The position numbers and the translations under genes are program-made. The notes below the pieces were generated by a model. The model was not told the origin of the DNA and did not search any database. It saw only the letters and a program-made list of their open reading frames with translations. A DNA stretch of 63,026 nt, counting the filler, from Choristocarpus tenellus KU-1152 (taxonomy: Eukaryota > Protista > Phaeophyceae): assembly GCA_964200185.2 (NCBI GenBank). It is 10 parts of 10 records of this genome, joined end to end, with 100 filler letters (N's around TTAATTAATTAA, not from the genome) between each part and the next. Parts side by side here need not be neighbours in the genome. Positions count along the whole stretch, not along the records: positions 24,740 to 29,202 come from CAXNAD020014429.1; positions 29,303 to 31,923 come from CAXNAD020026204.1; positions 32,024 to 35,591 come from CAXNAD020019211.1; positions 35,692 to 45,312 come from CAXNAD020003527.1; 6 more parts are not named here. The stretch is one strand, 5' to 3'. How positions within the stretch are numbered: the first letter of the stretch is position 1; each line of letters opens with the position of its first letter. Below, one piece after another: positions 25,757-39,400 of this stretch.

Positions 25757-28103
25757 TCAAGAGGATCGGGAAAGCCTACACTCTCTACTCATCCCATCTC
25801 TGCCATGCATTCCCCCTCCTGAAGTATTATCAGACTTGACCAGCTCATTGCTGAGCGATTGCATCTTGACTTCAGGTAGCGCCAAGCAAACCTGGATACC
25901 GATTGGGCGTTGGATGGAGCCACAATCACGGTTAGGAGGGGAGCAACCCATGTGAAATCAGGTCGAAGTGACTAGCCGACGAGGAGTATCCAAACAATGG
26001 CAACTTCCCAACCACACTAAACGTGCTGAACAAACTCACATTTCTCGCAATACTGTGTTAACCCCCCCCCAAAAAAACTCCTTCCAACTAATGCAGTGCT
26101 ACACAAAATGCAAGACTGGTATCTGTTCACTCCTACGGAACGAAAGTCCACCCCAACAACACACCCTACAACTCCCCAACCGCACAACAGTCAAAAACAA
26201 TCACCACATTGATCCCCTCCTCCTCCCTCCCTCCCCCAGAACCATCACCCTCCCACCTGCAAGAAAGTAGGTCGGATGCTCGGTACTGAGTGCCAGCAGC
26301 GTGAGATGAGTGTGGCCAGAGGTGGTGGTGCTGCTGGTGGGAGCTGCGGCCTCAAGCCCTGCCTAGCTACTGCAAAGGCCGCCTGAATGGGTGTCAAACC
26401 CTCAAACGGACATTTGCACGTAAGCAGCTCCCATAAGACAACACCTGAGAGGCCAGGTAAGAAAAATGTCAGTAGAGTGCCAGGGTTGCTATTTCCCCAA
26501 CCACCTGAATCGAAATGTGAAGAAGTGATATCAACCCAGACATACTTTCGTCCCAACAGACGTACTCTCTTATTTCAATACCCAGCAGGATAGACCCTTT
26601 CGGTGAACTTGTCATACGCCTCCACAAGCAAAATCCCCAACAGAGAGAGAGAGAGAGACTTGTGATGGTGGGGGCTCTTCTACCAAATCAACTGTATTTT
26701 AAAAATCATCCTGGGGTGTTCAACAGGTTTCCCTGTAGCTCCATGCAAAAAAAAAGGTAAAACAACTATGTCTTGGACAGGAACAGAGCCCTTTTGTGAC
26801 AGGAGTTGTCCTTACTGTATTGTATTAACAGTAGCATATTGCACTCACCATTCTGACTAAAGTGCTGTGCTTGCAGGAAGTTAAGAGACTTCAACAAATT
26901 CGAACCAATCGCCTACCAACCCATTGCAATTCAAGCACCGCGCTTTGTGCCATGCCACATACCCCCACACATTGTGAATTCCCCTCACGATAAACACCAC
27001 AACAGCCTAGACAGTAATAGAGGATTACACGTGTCCATGTCCTGCACCAACAGTACAAAATAGCCATATTCAAAGTTACAAGTGAACTGAGAAGCTGCTC
27101 TTGTGTATTAAGGGGTGCACTCGAGCCTCACGTACACGACAGGGCTGAGGGTACTCTATTCAGATATGGCCCTGACTCAATCAGTCCCTGCTCACCGAAG
27201 CTGTAGACATCGGCTGCCTCTCTGTATGGCTCATGGCGGATCACCTCTGGAGCCATCCACCTATCAATACAACGTGCGGGGTAAGCATTCGAACGTATGC
27301 AAAAAGCACATTTCACCCAGTGAAATGATGGTAGCAACATGTGCTGGTGGGGGTAGAAGGAAGCAGCAGCGTAATGAAAACGAGAACCTTCTAACCATAC
27401 GGCCACATCAACACCCTTCCCCAGTATGAAAGTGCAATTCATTTCAGAAGAAGAAATTAACCAACCGCCAGGAAAATTCCGTCTTCTCTCGTGGTGTACC
27501 TGAAAACACCCCCATAATATGTACATTTTCCTGTGCAGACCATTTTCCTACACAACGGAAGGCAAACCTCGTCTCAACCCCCAAATCATGAAACCCGGGG
27601 GGGGTCAACTGATGCCCCCCAAGAGTCCAAAGAACAATAACAGAAGAGAGAAGAGGTGCACTCATAGATATCGCAGACGACAATGTTCGTCCCAACTCGA
27701 CGACCTTCATAATGTACATCAATCAACACGCAGATCGAACTTGAATCAAAATACTTGAAATCAATACTCAGAAGGCGTTGCTAACAACAAATTCCAAAAC
27801 AAAATATGCAAATCAAGAAAAGGTTTCTTCTTCCACAATGGCTGCTCAAGTGCTCAATCAATTCACCGTGTAACAACACAAACACACACACATTAGTTGT
27901 ACACACACACACACACACACACACCCTTATTACATCCACACCTTCAAAAACAAACACGTAATTCACCTGTATGTACCCGTCTCTGCCGTCAAGTCCCTGC
28001 CAGGCTCCTGAAAACAGCTGAGACCAAAGTCAACAATCCGTATGTGGCCTGTATTATCAAGGAGGATGTTGCCTGACTTCAGGTCACGATGCAGGACCCC
28101 CAC
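25757..28103 (-). CDS. Protein kinase, tyrosine-kinase-like (Raf/MAPKKK-like), C-terminal exons
   Basis: Exons 28103-27967 (VLHRDLKSGNILL..IVDFGLS..TAETGTYR), 27260-27196 (WMAPEVIRHEPY..ADVYSFG), 26444-26257 (VVLWELLT..PF..RCW..RPTFLQ) and 25891-25757 (to stop). GTYRWMAPE is the TKL signature. Confidence 0.92.
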
Positions 28104-28638
28104 CTTGCGTTTAGAAACATTGTTAAGGGAATGGTTCAAACGTGACGAGAGGGCGTTTGGTACTTGAGTTTGTTCGTCAAAGTTACTAAGTGAACATTAC
28201 ACACTCTCCAACTTCAAATTCAACAATACTAAAATAAACCAATAACGTGAAAGCAGTACAAACTGCACTGTAGCTGCCTGTCTCAGCTTAGTATGCCCTT
28301 AACGCAACCACTTAGAAGAAAATGGTGACCCCACAGCATACAGTTTAAAACTCCCTGAAAGACTTCTTTTCCACCTCCGCTGAAGCCTTGGTTCTATTTT
28401 GGCACACACTGGACTCAGAGGTTCAAATATTCTTCTCATTGTGAAAATAGCCCACTTACCTTTCTATCAAATCTACACCGAAAAATACCCTTCTGGTTAA
28501 TTTTCCATTCTTGGGAAGTAATTAACTATTCAACTATTTCATTGTATAGACCATCACCCACCAACTGTATCCCTCGTAACACTCTCATAACATTTGTGAT
28601 TCTTGCAGGCATGCAGCCATCCTTAATCTTTGACTGAG

Positions 28639-28683
<45 letters not shown>

Positions 28684-29076
28684 GACTCTACCCTCTACTT
28701 TTCAGCAGTCAAAATACAACAAAGCAACCCACAACATTACCATTTAACCCCAACCACATCCTACACACCACCCGACTCTGGATAGAAGTTGCTCAACACC
28801 CCTTCCTTCTTTTTTTTTTGCTGTGCTATATACCACGTCCTTAACCCCCAATTCAAAAAAGACTGAACAAAAAGATTCAACAAGCACACACCACTGCCAA
28901 ATAACCGCACAGAAATCCTGCATACCCAACCCAGGTTGACCACTCTCTAACCCAGGTGTACATCGAACTAAGCCCCCTGTCCCACTTCCCTCCAGCTCTA
29001 CATGATCTATGCTACAAAAAAATTCCAAAATGTGTACCAGTACACAACACCTTGTGCTACATTCAGACGCCGCCCC

Positions 29077-29129
<53 letters not shown>

Positions 29130-29448
29130 AGCATAAATCACAAAAGGCCAGTGGGGCGGGCGGGGGGGAAGGGTGGGGGGGGTGCGGTCGCCTAAAAAAA
29201 AANNNNNNNNNNNNNNNNNNNNNNNNNNNNNNNNNNNNNNNNNNNNTTAATTAATTAANNNNNNNNNNNNNNNNNNNNNNNNNNNNNNNNNNNNNNNNNN
29301 NNAGGGCGCGCGCGCGGGGGGGGGGTGGGGGTGGGGGTGATGTGTCCGTAGTAGTTCTGGGAAGTGTAGATCGATGGAAGTGATACCCCTTACCTGTGGC
29401 TTGCCCTAACCCTGAATGTGAACCTGAATGTGACCCTTGTTCTCTCAG

Positions 29449-31294
29449 GTTGTGGAAACAACTGTTGAGATTGCCAACAAGGTTGGAGTATCGGATGTGA
29501 TCAGTCGTATTGTGGAGGGCCTGAAAGATGAGAATGAGCCTTACAGGCGCATGGTGATGGAGACAATTGAGCAGGTATTGGTATTGTGTATATTTGGTGA
29601 AGTGAGATGTGTTGACGGTGTGCTCCAAATTTTTGTAGTTTTTGAAAGCTTGGTGAAATAGAAGTTACTGCGGGGCAGACTGAGTAGAGTTGGTGTTTTT
29701 TTGTAGTGTTTGTTGTGTGTTGTAGTAAAAACAGTACAACAGTAGTGTAGATTGAATGGTACCTTTGAAAATGTGTGTGTATATATACATATTGATGGCT
29801 TTTTTTTGGAAGTTTTTTTTTTTGTGATGCATCCTTGTGTAGTATATTTGTTGATCGATAGGAGTAAACTATTGTACCTGCTTTCTTTGCTTTTAGTGAG
29901 TATAATCTGATATCTCCTCTGCAAAGGCGAATACTGTGTGACAAGAGCATTGGGCTGATGGAATTGTCTTGTTTAAAGGTCATCCCCCAGTCTATGGTGT
30001 TGAGGATTAGGTTATCAGAACTAGGAGGGTGGAAGGGGGGATGGGGGGATGGGGGGAGGGGTTGGTTGAGTTAGTTATTAATTGATCATATTGATAATAG
30101 GATAGCTGTTGAATTAGTGTTTTCTTGTTGGAAACAGTAGTTTACCCTGTTACCATTTTTGAAACCATTTTGGTTATATTCGCTGGACAATGGAGAGGCT
30201 ACAGAGCACTCTCATTGTGCAATTGCACCTTAGATCCTTGATAGATAACTTGTATTTTTTATATTGGAAGAGGGTTGAATCCTGTAGTCAAGGAGGGGTA
30301 CGATAATATGTTCATATCATCATGACTTGGTCACTGAAGTTGGACAATGGTGGTTCTCTTGTATTTGTGGTGTGCTACAGTGCAATCGCATGAGTTTGAC
30401 TTTAGCGTATTGCCTGATAGGTGTGGAGGCGTGTACTCCAGAGTATGTTTTTTGTAGATATTATATATATATATATTATGTATGTTAATTGGTGACCTGC
30501 AGATGTTAGTGCAGTTTTTTGTTTTTTTACTTTATATGTTTTTTGCGATGTGTGTGTTTTGTTGTTGTGCAGGTTATCCAGAACCTAGGGGCAGCCGACA
30601 TTGAGAGGCGACTTGAGGAGCAGCTCATCGATGGAATACTCTATGCATTCCAAGAGCAGGTTTGTGAATGTTATTCATAGCCTTGACTCTAATCCTGTTG
30701 AATAGATTAGGATAGTTGGTAACAGTGCATTAATATGTTTTTATTGTCTTGGTTTATTGGGTGCTATGTTGAGGTAGGTGTGGATTTTGGTTTGTGATTA
30801 GAATAGTTCAGAGATAATGTTTTTGCCTCCTACTTTATACATGTGAATATATATTTTTAGTTTTATTGATATTGTAGTAGTAGTAGTAGTAGTAGTAGTG
30901 TATAGTAGTGCATTACTATTATTTGCACTGCATGTGATGTGTAGTATGAATTCAGCAGTGTGCAGGGCACTGCTATTGAAAGTGTAGGACCCCATCAAAT
31001 CCATGTCACAGTTGATGTTTACTGATAATGAATGGTGTCTGTCCCCATCTGTGTGTATACAGGGTGAGGCAGAGACGTATACTATGCTCAATGGGTTTGG
31101 GACTACAGTGAATGCCCTGGGTCTTCGTGCCAAGTCTTACCTGCCGCAGATATCAGGGACTATCAAGGTGTGAACCGCTTATTTTGTTTTATTTTATAGG
31201 GAACATACTAAACGCTTATTATGTTTTCGAGTATTTGTTTGATTTTATCAGGAGTGTGGAGTGAAGAAGGGAGGGTGTTGGGTTTTAGACCTTT

Positions 31295-31327
<33 letters not shown>

Positions 31328-31814
31328 CAGTCTTGAAGTAAAGGTTGAGGTTGATTTGGGTGTTGGTCTCCATCCCATTCGCAGCATTTTGCTTGATTAT
31401 GCTTTTTGTTTTGCTTTTTTTACATACCCTACGATACATACACACACTCACACACACACACACATCCTGCCTATCCTTGACACGATCTCGCTGGTTAGTT
31501 CCTCCTGACTATTGTGGTTGACTAGTCCTCTGATCCTCTGATCCTCTGATCCCCTTCTCATGTTCCTCTTGTGTGTCTTGTATGTGTCTTGTGTGTGTCT
31601 TGTATGTGTCTTGTGTGTGTCTTGTATGCAGTGGCGTCTCAACAACAAGAGTGCCAAGGTACGAATGCAGGCCTCGGACCTGATTGCACGGATTGCAGTG
31701 GTGATGAAGACCTGTGGGGAAGAGGTCCTCATGAGCCACATGGGAGTCGTGCTGTATGAGTACCTTGGAGAGGAGTACCCAGAAGTATTGGGGTCCATCC
31801 TGGGGGCTCTCAAG
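29449..31814 (+). CDS. SF3B1: Splicing factor 3B subunit 1, internal HEAT-repeat exons
   Basis: Exons 29449-29574, 30573-30659, 31063-31167 and 31632-31814 encode [58 protein letters not shown] and [24 protein letters not shown]. Confidence 0.97.
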
Positions 31815-31826
31815 GTGTGTGTGAGA

Positions 31827-31860
<34 letters not shown>

Positions 31861-33057
31861 GCATAGGCCTGCCCTCCTTGTCTTCTCTTTGATGCAGCTT
31901 GCTAAGCCGCTTCTCCCCCTTGCNNNNNNNNNNNNNNNNNNNNNNNNNNNNNNNNNNNNNNNNNNNNTTAATTAATTAANNNNNNNNNNNNNNNNNNNNN
32001 NNNNNNNNNNNNNNNNNNNNNNNGGAAAGGTGAGCATTGAGGGGCGCCTGTAACATAGACCCCCCCCCCTCCCAAGATACTTTGAGGCTAAGGTTGGACA
32101 AGTGCAAGAGTGCAGAGTGGAGAGGATATCATCAGAGTGACAGGATGTGAAGTCAAAGGGAATCCTTGACTCATAATATCTCTCATTTAAGAGATGCCCA
32201 CCACCTGTTTTGCTGCTCTCTTGATATTCCACTAACTCAAGTCTCATCAAAGATCCACCACTGGAATCCAGGATTTTGGACAAGGAACCTCAAACGGTAC
32301 GATGGTATACGGGATATAGCATCAACAGTATGATAGCAGACAACCAGTACAGTATGCACTGGGGAAACACAACCCCTCAAGGATCAACAACTCCTCGCCT
32401 TTTCACACCCAGTTTCGAGAATCTAAGCCTAAGTCTAAGCCTAAGTCTAAGCCTGACCCTAACCAATATGTGGAAAAATAACCACAAGCTTCATTTGACG
32501 AAGTGAAAAAAGTATACCAGTGGTGGTCCTCAAGACTGGTGGTTCCCCAAGACGTGGGGGATCTCATGTGGACTTGAATTGTGCCAATATCCAGACTGCC
32601 AGACCACGAATCGTGATGGTCATTCAACTAATTCATGCCTTGACATCCCTGAGGCTACTCATAGGTCGTTCTTGCTTCAGAGGGGGAAGGGTCATAGACA
32701 GCAAGGGCAAGAGAATAGAGAGTATGGTGATGTTCACTACACTCCTCATCTTTACGAGGAAGCCAGATAGAAAAAACTCATGTCTATTTAGCAAGGATCA
32801 TGCCTTGTTGACAATCGTAGGGAGTGAAAAGTGTTGTACATTGACGTCAATCTCACCCAGGTCTCACCTCTTGATCCTCAGGCGTTATTTATTCCTGTTC
32901 ATTCGTCTCTAAGCATTATTCTTTGCCCTTGGTGCGCCCAAGCCAGTACAGTACAATCATTGTCAAAGTAGTTGCAAAGTCTGTATTGCCCACGTAGATT
33001 CAAGAATTCATCCAAACACGTACAGAAAGGCACATCAATTGAAGTCTCAAACAAAAC

Positions 33058-33129
33058 AGCGCCGACTCGGGATCGAACCAAGGACCCTTAGAGCTGTAAT
33101 CTACTGCTCTACCACTGAGCTATCAACGC
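33058..33129 (-). tRNA. tRNA-Cys-like gene with anticodon ACA (possibly a pseudogene)
   Basis: GCGTTGA-TA-GCTC AGTGGTA GAGC-A-GTAGA TTACAGC TCTAA-GGGTC-CTTGG TTCGATC CCGAG-TCGGCGC-T. Discriminator is U73 and TTTT follows just downstream. Confidence 0.8.
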
Positions 33130-35691
33130 TTATGCGATACACTACTAACATTTTATTTTTTAATTAATACACCCTATAATTATGCACTTCTATTGAATGA
33201 CAGAATTAAAGACTATCAGATAGTGCACCAGAGTCGAACCATGGCAAAAAGGTGAACCAACCAGTCCTTGTAAATTGAGGAGGAAACATATTTTTGGATG
33301 ATAATTAGAATTCGAAATGTCAGCATAAATGATATTGAATCAAATATACCAATATTTGTATAATACTCTGTGACGAATTTTGTACATTAGTTGGCATCCT
33401 TCAAATGCAACCCTGCTGGGCACCTCTCATTTACTTTGATTCCATACAACACCACCAACAACGAAGTATATACTTGTGAGCACACATATTTGACCTTACA
33501 ACACGCAGTTTAAGGTATCAAGGTTTGGGGGATGGGGACGGATGTTAGATCGAAGTTTTCACTGAAATAAAAAAAAATGATTCCACTCAACAAGTGGTCG
33601 AGATTAACCGTTTTTTGTTATTTAATTGACATGCTGTCAAGATTTATTGTAGATATATTGGCGACATAATGCCATCCAAATGTAGTACTGTGGTAGGATA
33701 GTAAAAGGATATTTTGTCGAGTGAGTGCACCTAAGAAGAGAGATTGGGAAGGAGTTAGGGGAATATTGTGCAGTACGTCACTTACTACGCGCAAACATAT
33801 TCGAAGACATGTGTAAAGAACTGGCTCTAAGGTTGACCACTTCACAGTGAGAAGAAATAACACGTGACAAGAAGGTGCACAAAAAGGGCACTTTTTTTGT
33901 TGTTGCTGTCCAGAGTTTATTATTGAGCAGTAGGTAGCATGGATATGCTGTAGTAGTATTTTAGAGTAGGATAAGCTTTGGATGTGTGTACATTATTTTG
34001 CGTCTGATGTAGTGTTCCACGGTACTCGTGTCACAATGAACCATCATGTTGCAAAATGTAAGTGATTTGGTGTGCCCTGGTGGAAAAAGGTAAAGACAGG
34101 TCTTGGTAGCACATCAAAGGTAATCAAGCAACACCTTCTCTGACCTCTGTCAGGATAGACCCAATGCTATGGCAGCATGGATTGCTTGGGAAACGTGGAC
34201 AGCGTGTGCAATACCTGAAGGGGAGTAGGGCATGAGGAGAACACAGGAAGTTAAAATAGTTGTGTCTCTATGCAGGGAAGCAGGGATGGGAGAATGAAGT
34301 GGGCGAACAATGAAGTATGCTGTACGGTACTTTCTAGTGTTTAGTGCAACAACATATCATGCATGCTCCGGTACTCTATAGAGAACAAAGCAGAGTGACT
34401 CAATAGAAGTGTTGGGCAAAAAGGCCTTGTTGTTGGGTCTGAGGGAGAAGAGAGGGAATGGTTGGATGACCGAGTACTGCACCTCTGGAGATTGATTTGT
34501 TTGCACGAAGGGTAAGGCTATGAGAGGTCGTCAATGGTACAATGAAGTTCATGTCAATATAGTTCACATGGTGCATAGTGCATGGAACCATCCCAGACGC
34601 CGTCCCTTACGGATTGTTTTGGCTGATAGGGATACAGTAGTGCTGCTGGTCTTCAAACGCGACAGATAGGAGGAGGAAGACGTTTCTGTAGTTGGAGCAT
34701 GTACCATAATTATCTAATTGGATTCAACGGGATTGAGAGATAGGCGAGATTGCGTTTTGAGGACCCCGAAGAATGGCAGCAAACGCCATTTTGTACATTT
34801 GTAGAAACAGCCTTTGCTGAATTATAGTGTTACTTTTGTTTGTGGAAAGGGGGATATCAATTTTGCGTACACTAATGTAAACATTACGCAGGCAATAAAA
34901 CAGGGTAAACTGCGCAGGGCAAGAGAGATGACTTAGATAACAAAAGGGCCCAAACCTGCCTACCTCTCAATTTCTCGAGCTCATTGCTCAGATATTGCTG
35001 CAATGATCTGCGAGATAAACTTGTACATATGTTGCAATACATGCTTGAAGGATATATGTCAACATGATTTGGCGGTATACTTACATTGGGTGCCTGTAAT
35101 GTGGGGTTGGACAGATGTGGAAGCACTAGTAACGGAAGACCCCATTGTGAGTAATCATGAGCAGCACGCAAGAAACAAGAATATCCTGCTGTCAATGAGG
35201 AAAGGTCATTGCGATGGGCATGTCCTGATAGCAAAACGAGCATCTCTACTTAGTTGCACATTTCTTTCTAGTCTTACTTCCCTCTGTTGCCAGGCAAGTG
35301 TTGTACAGTTCAAAAAACGTAGTGTTATAATCATCTCCAGGTCATACATTCTGGTGCCAATTACTTCAAAACATGTTAGCAAATGTGTTACGCGTATGTT
35401 CTAACATAGCTGCATTACAATCTACAGGTTATGCACTCCCCTACCATTTACTTCAAACTATATAAACACAAGGGATAAGTTTAACATTATTACCTTTCCT
35501 GCAGTAGCATTACCTACATTCTGTACATCTTGCTGCAAGGTAGCACAAATCATACCACAAATGTTTGACCCAAAGTATCTGGGAGGGGGGGNNNNNNNNN
35601 NNNNNNNNNNNNNNNNNNNNNNNNNNNNNNNNNNNTTAATTAATTAANNNNNNNNNNNNNNNNNNNNNNNNNNNNNNNNNNNNNNNNNNNN

Positions 35692-36050
35692 GGGGGAGGG
35701 GAGGTCAAGTTACGGCGGGGTAGATGTCTTCTAGCTCAAAGGCACAGTTTGAAGGGGATCATGAAAGGGTGTTCTTGGATGATTGTGGAGTGGTGTTGAG
35801 TGGTGTGAGAACTGCTGTGGGGTTGAGGGGAGTGGCAGCTTGTGTGGGTTGAAAGGATGGCTGGCAATCAGTGACGAAGGGTATTCGCACTGGTTGGTCA
35901 TCAAATGTGGGGATGACTGGCAATCATTGACGAAGGCCAGTCGCAATGGTTGGCCATCAAATGGGGAATAGAGAATAGAGGAATGGCAATGAGAAATGAG
36001 CAAATAATAATAATAATCCAGAATTCGTGAGCAAAACAAACTATACAATT
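35692..36050 (+). mobile_element. 3' non-coding region of the DIRS-type element (matches 61525-62070)
   Basis: Near-identical GGGAGGTCAAGTT..GGGGTAGATGTCTTCTAGCTCAAAGGCAC start and the same 60-bp repeat unit. Confidence 0.75.
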
Positions 36051-36437
36051 CTCAACGAAAGTAGGTGATGAGATTGTGTGGGGGTCAAGAGTAGTTTTTT
36101 TAATTTTCATACTATTATAAAGGACTATAGATTCTTTCATATCGGGTGAGGGAAGGAGGAGATAATATATCGGAATATAGTATTTGGAGATTTTAGATAC
36201 ACATTCTCCTTATTTTCCGATATTTGTACAAACAACAGAGTTGTAGCATCGACACCTAGACAAACCTTGCTATACAATTAAAGAGAGAACGTTGTGATTA
36301 GGGTAGTTCCCATGTTGGGTTGCCTCGCTGTACCGACAGTAGAGGTTACATTATCCATTTTATTTCTAGTCTGGTTCAAAGAAGGTAAGGCGAAAACCTA
36401 AAGGATAGAAGGGGATTGAGACAGAATCAGGCTGTCC

Positions 36438-39400
36438 ATGACTTCTCAGGATGCCCCCCTCGAAAACCTCCGCCGGTATTTATGGGACCACCTGTCAGAG
36501 CTTGGAGTACTTCGGTCCGCGGAACAAGGACATGTTGGGAACGGGGTTAGCATAGCTTGGGCATCGGGGGGTGGATATGAGGGTTTTGATGACTTTAGAG
36601 TTGAACTAAGAAAGTTCAGCGGAGGACAATCTAATCCCACATTTTTGCTGCTTATGCACCTATCACTGCCGAATCTGGGGCTGAACAACAATATCGGTGG
36701 GAGATCACTCGACGAACTATCGACGGAGCACCGGTTCGTCCTGCGGAAGAAGCCTGCCAGCGTGAAGGTATTCCACATCGGTTTGAGGTGCTTGATTTGT
36801 AGTCGAGAAAGAATCGGTCATAGTGCACGCGTTCAACCCGATCAAACTATTATCAGTCTCACAATGCTTGTCTCTGTCGATAGAGAAATCATGCCAACTG
36901 TACTTCTTCTCTCGGTTTCACCAACAAGGTTTCTTCTGCGCATGCTATCGAACGGGAGTACCGTGTAATGCGGGCCCTCCGTGAGACCAATGTTCCTGTC
37001 CCTCGTGCATTTATTTTATGCGAGGATGCTTCAGTGATGGGCACACCTTTCTATGTTATGGAATTTGTTCGTGGGAGAGTTTTCACGAACCCTTCTCTCC
37101 CAGATCTCAACCCTCACGACCGAGAGGCGGCTTATTTGAGTGCTGTAGAAACATTGGTGAAGCTCCATCAGGTCCCCTTTTGCGATGTTGGACTCGAGAG
37201 CTACGGGCGGAGCACAGGGGGCTATTTTCGACGGCAGGTGGAGACGCTTGAGAGGGTTTATTTAAAGCAGGTATTGATACTAGCGGATGTTCCAGCTTTC
37301 TCTTTGATTTTTCCTCGCCACTTCAAGTTGCTACATCTATCGCAATTCATCAACTTTGCTGTGATCATATGTTCTAGAATTGTACCTCGTCCCAATGCTG
37401 AAAATATTTGGAAAACAAGCAATTTCGAGGTGGATTTCCTCATTAGTTCACCCAACATCCTACTGCAACTTGTTCGTCTTTGGGACTTCTTCCCTTGATA
37501 GAAGCTCGTTGTTCCTCGAAGGACATGGAAGCTATGTCTCATTAGATCCAAATACATGCTCCATTGCACTCATCTAAATCGACCATGCTTTCATGTGGGG
37601 AATCTAACCAAACTTTAGGCAGAGGATGCTGGTGCAATGCCAGGTCTCCCTGAGTTAGCAGCGGACTTGCATGAGCTATGCAATACTGTACCAGATCGAG
37701 TCACAATTGTTCACGGTGACTACCGTATCGACAATCTCATGTATCACCCCGTTGAGCCCCGGGTAATTGCTGTGCTTGACTGGGAGCTGTCTACACTTGG
37801 TCATCCATATGCTGACCTTGCCAACCTCTGTTTGGGCTATCACCTGCCAGCACCAGGGTGTGGACGGGAGAAAGAGGACGCCACGCCGCTTGCAGGTCTG
37901 CAGGGGCTCGACCTGGAAAACTTGGGCATTCCTCCACAGGACATGTTGATGGATGCATACCAGAAGAGGACGGGTAAGGTGGACAAGTTTGCTGGGGAGG
38001 AGCTGATCCCTTCACTAGATTTGTTTGAGCTATGTATGGCCTTCATCTTCTTCAAGAATGCTGTCATTGCACACGGGGTAAAAGCTCGCCTGGCCCGTGG
38101 TGTGGCGAGCTCATCATTTGCTGCTGCTGCTGCTGCAATGGGACCGCGTATGGTTAGCCAGGGGGTGAAACATGTTGGCCTCTTGAGAGCGCATCTAGTC
38201 CAGGTTAACGGGGGAAAAGAGACTGTTGGAATTGGTAGTACTATGGACGGCAGAAGTGGAGTTTCAATACTGCCCAAATGCATGTCTATTGATACAGTGA
38301 CTGCACAGAAGATTGGAGGATATAAACAGAGCCACACACCCCTAAGGGCAGTACTGTTTGATGTTGGAGGGGTCCTTTCAGCTTCCCCTCTCTTAGCTAT
38401 TGAGCGCTTTGAGAGAGAAGCACGTCCTCCTTTACCTCCTTCATACATTGGAGCAGCCATTGCAGGGGCAGGGGCCAGTGGACTGTTTCAACGGCTTGAG
38501 AGAGGGCAGGAAATCCTTGGGGAACCATTCCTGGAACAGTTTGCAATATATCTGTGTGGGGTTCAAGCCCAGCAGGCGTACATTAGGTATGTCACTAGGT
38601 GTGCTGCTCGGAAATGTAATGGCCAGAGAGAGCTCGTTGAGGACAACATGTCAATGGACAGAAGGAGAGCATTGATGGAGGCAGACTCAGAGGCTGTGGC
38701 TACTGCTGAAAGGGCGGCCAGAGCAGTGAAGGAGGTAGATGTCCATGAGTTATTCCGTTGCATAGCACAGGCTTCACGAATTCCAGTGCCGAAGATGGTG
38801 AATGCGACCAAGAGATTGCGGATGAGTGGAGTCAAGGTGTGCAGAGTGTTGATTTGCAATTTTTTTAAACATGTATGTGTATTGTTTGGAATTCCTAACA
38901 CCCTTCCACAATGGTCGCTCTCCTACCTGTTTTTGAATATTTAATTAATCTTCTCCTGTTTGCTTGGCTGATATCGGTCCTTTTTTTTTTAGAATCCCAA
39001 GCACACTTAGATGCTGTATTGGACTCAAGAGCACGGGAAATTTTTGAGTGATGCCCTATGTGGTGTTTCAGGTTTTAAGACTTTGTGGCAACTGCTAAGC
39101 TGCTCCTGTGTCTACTATCTATCCAGCGACTTCTTTGATTCAAATTCAACAACCTTGTTGTGTCTGTTTTGAGTTGCGAAGGCAAGGGACTGCATGTGTT
39201 TGATCTGAGCCGTACAATTTTGGGTGTCCTCCAGTGTCCTCCCACGCAAGACTAGCATTCCCCTACATCTTGTTAGAGCATTTTATTTCATAAGCTTGAT
39301 GTAGTAGTGTCGTTGAAACCTGGATTGAATGCATCGCACATGTAAGCAAAATGAGTAGACTACTAGCGATGGGGAATCATGGTGTTGCGAAGCACCGATG

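Noticed and set aside
28956-29254. Poly-Pro and poly-Gly ORFs (also 503-797 and 31448-31864)
   Set aside because: They are translations of homopolymer C or G runs.
32500-32830. Possible LINE endonuclease relic (GSHVDLN...SKDHALL)
   Set aside because: The motifs are too degenerate to support without an HMM search.
34080-34790. Possible minus-strand exons
   Set aside because: I could not build a consistent spliced frame or a recognisable product.
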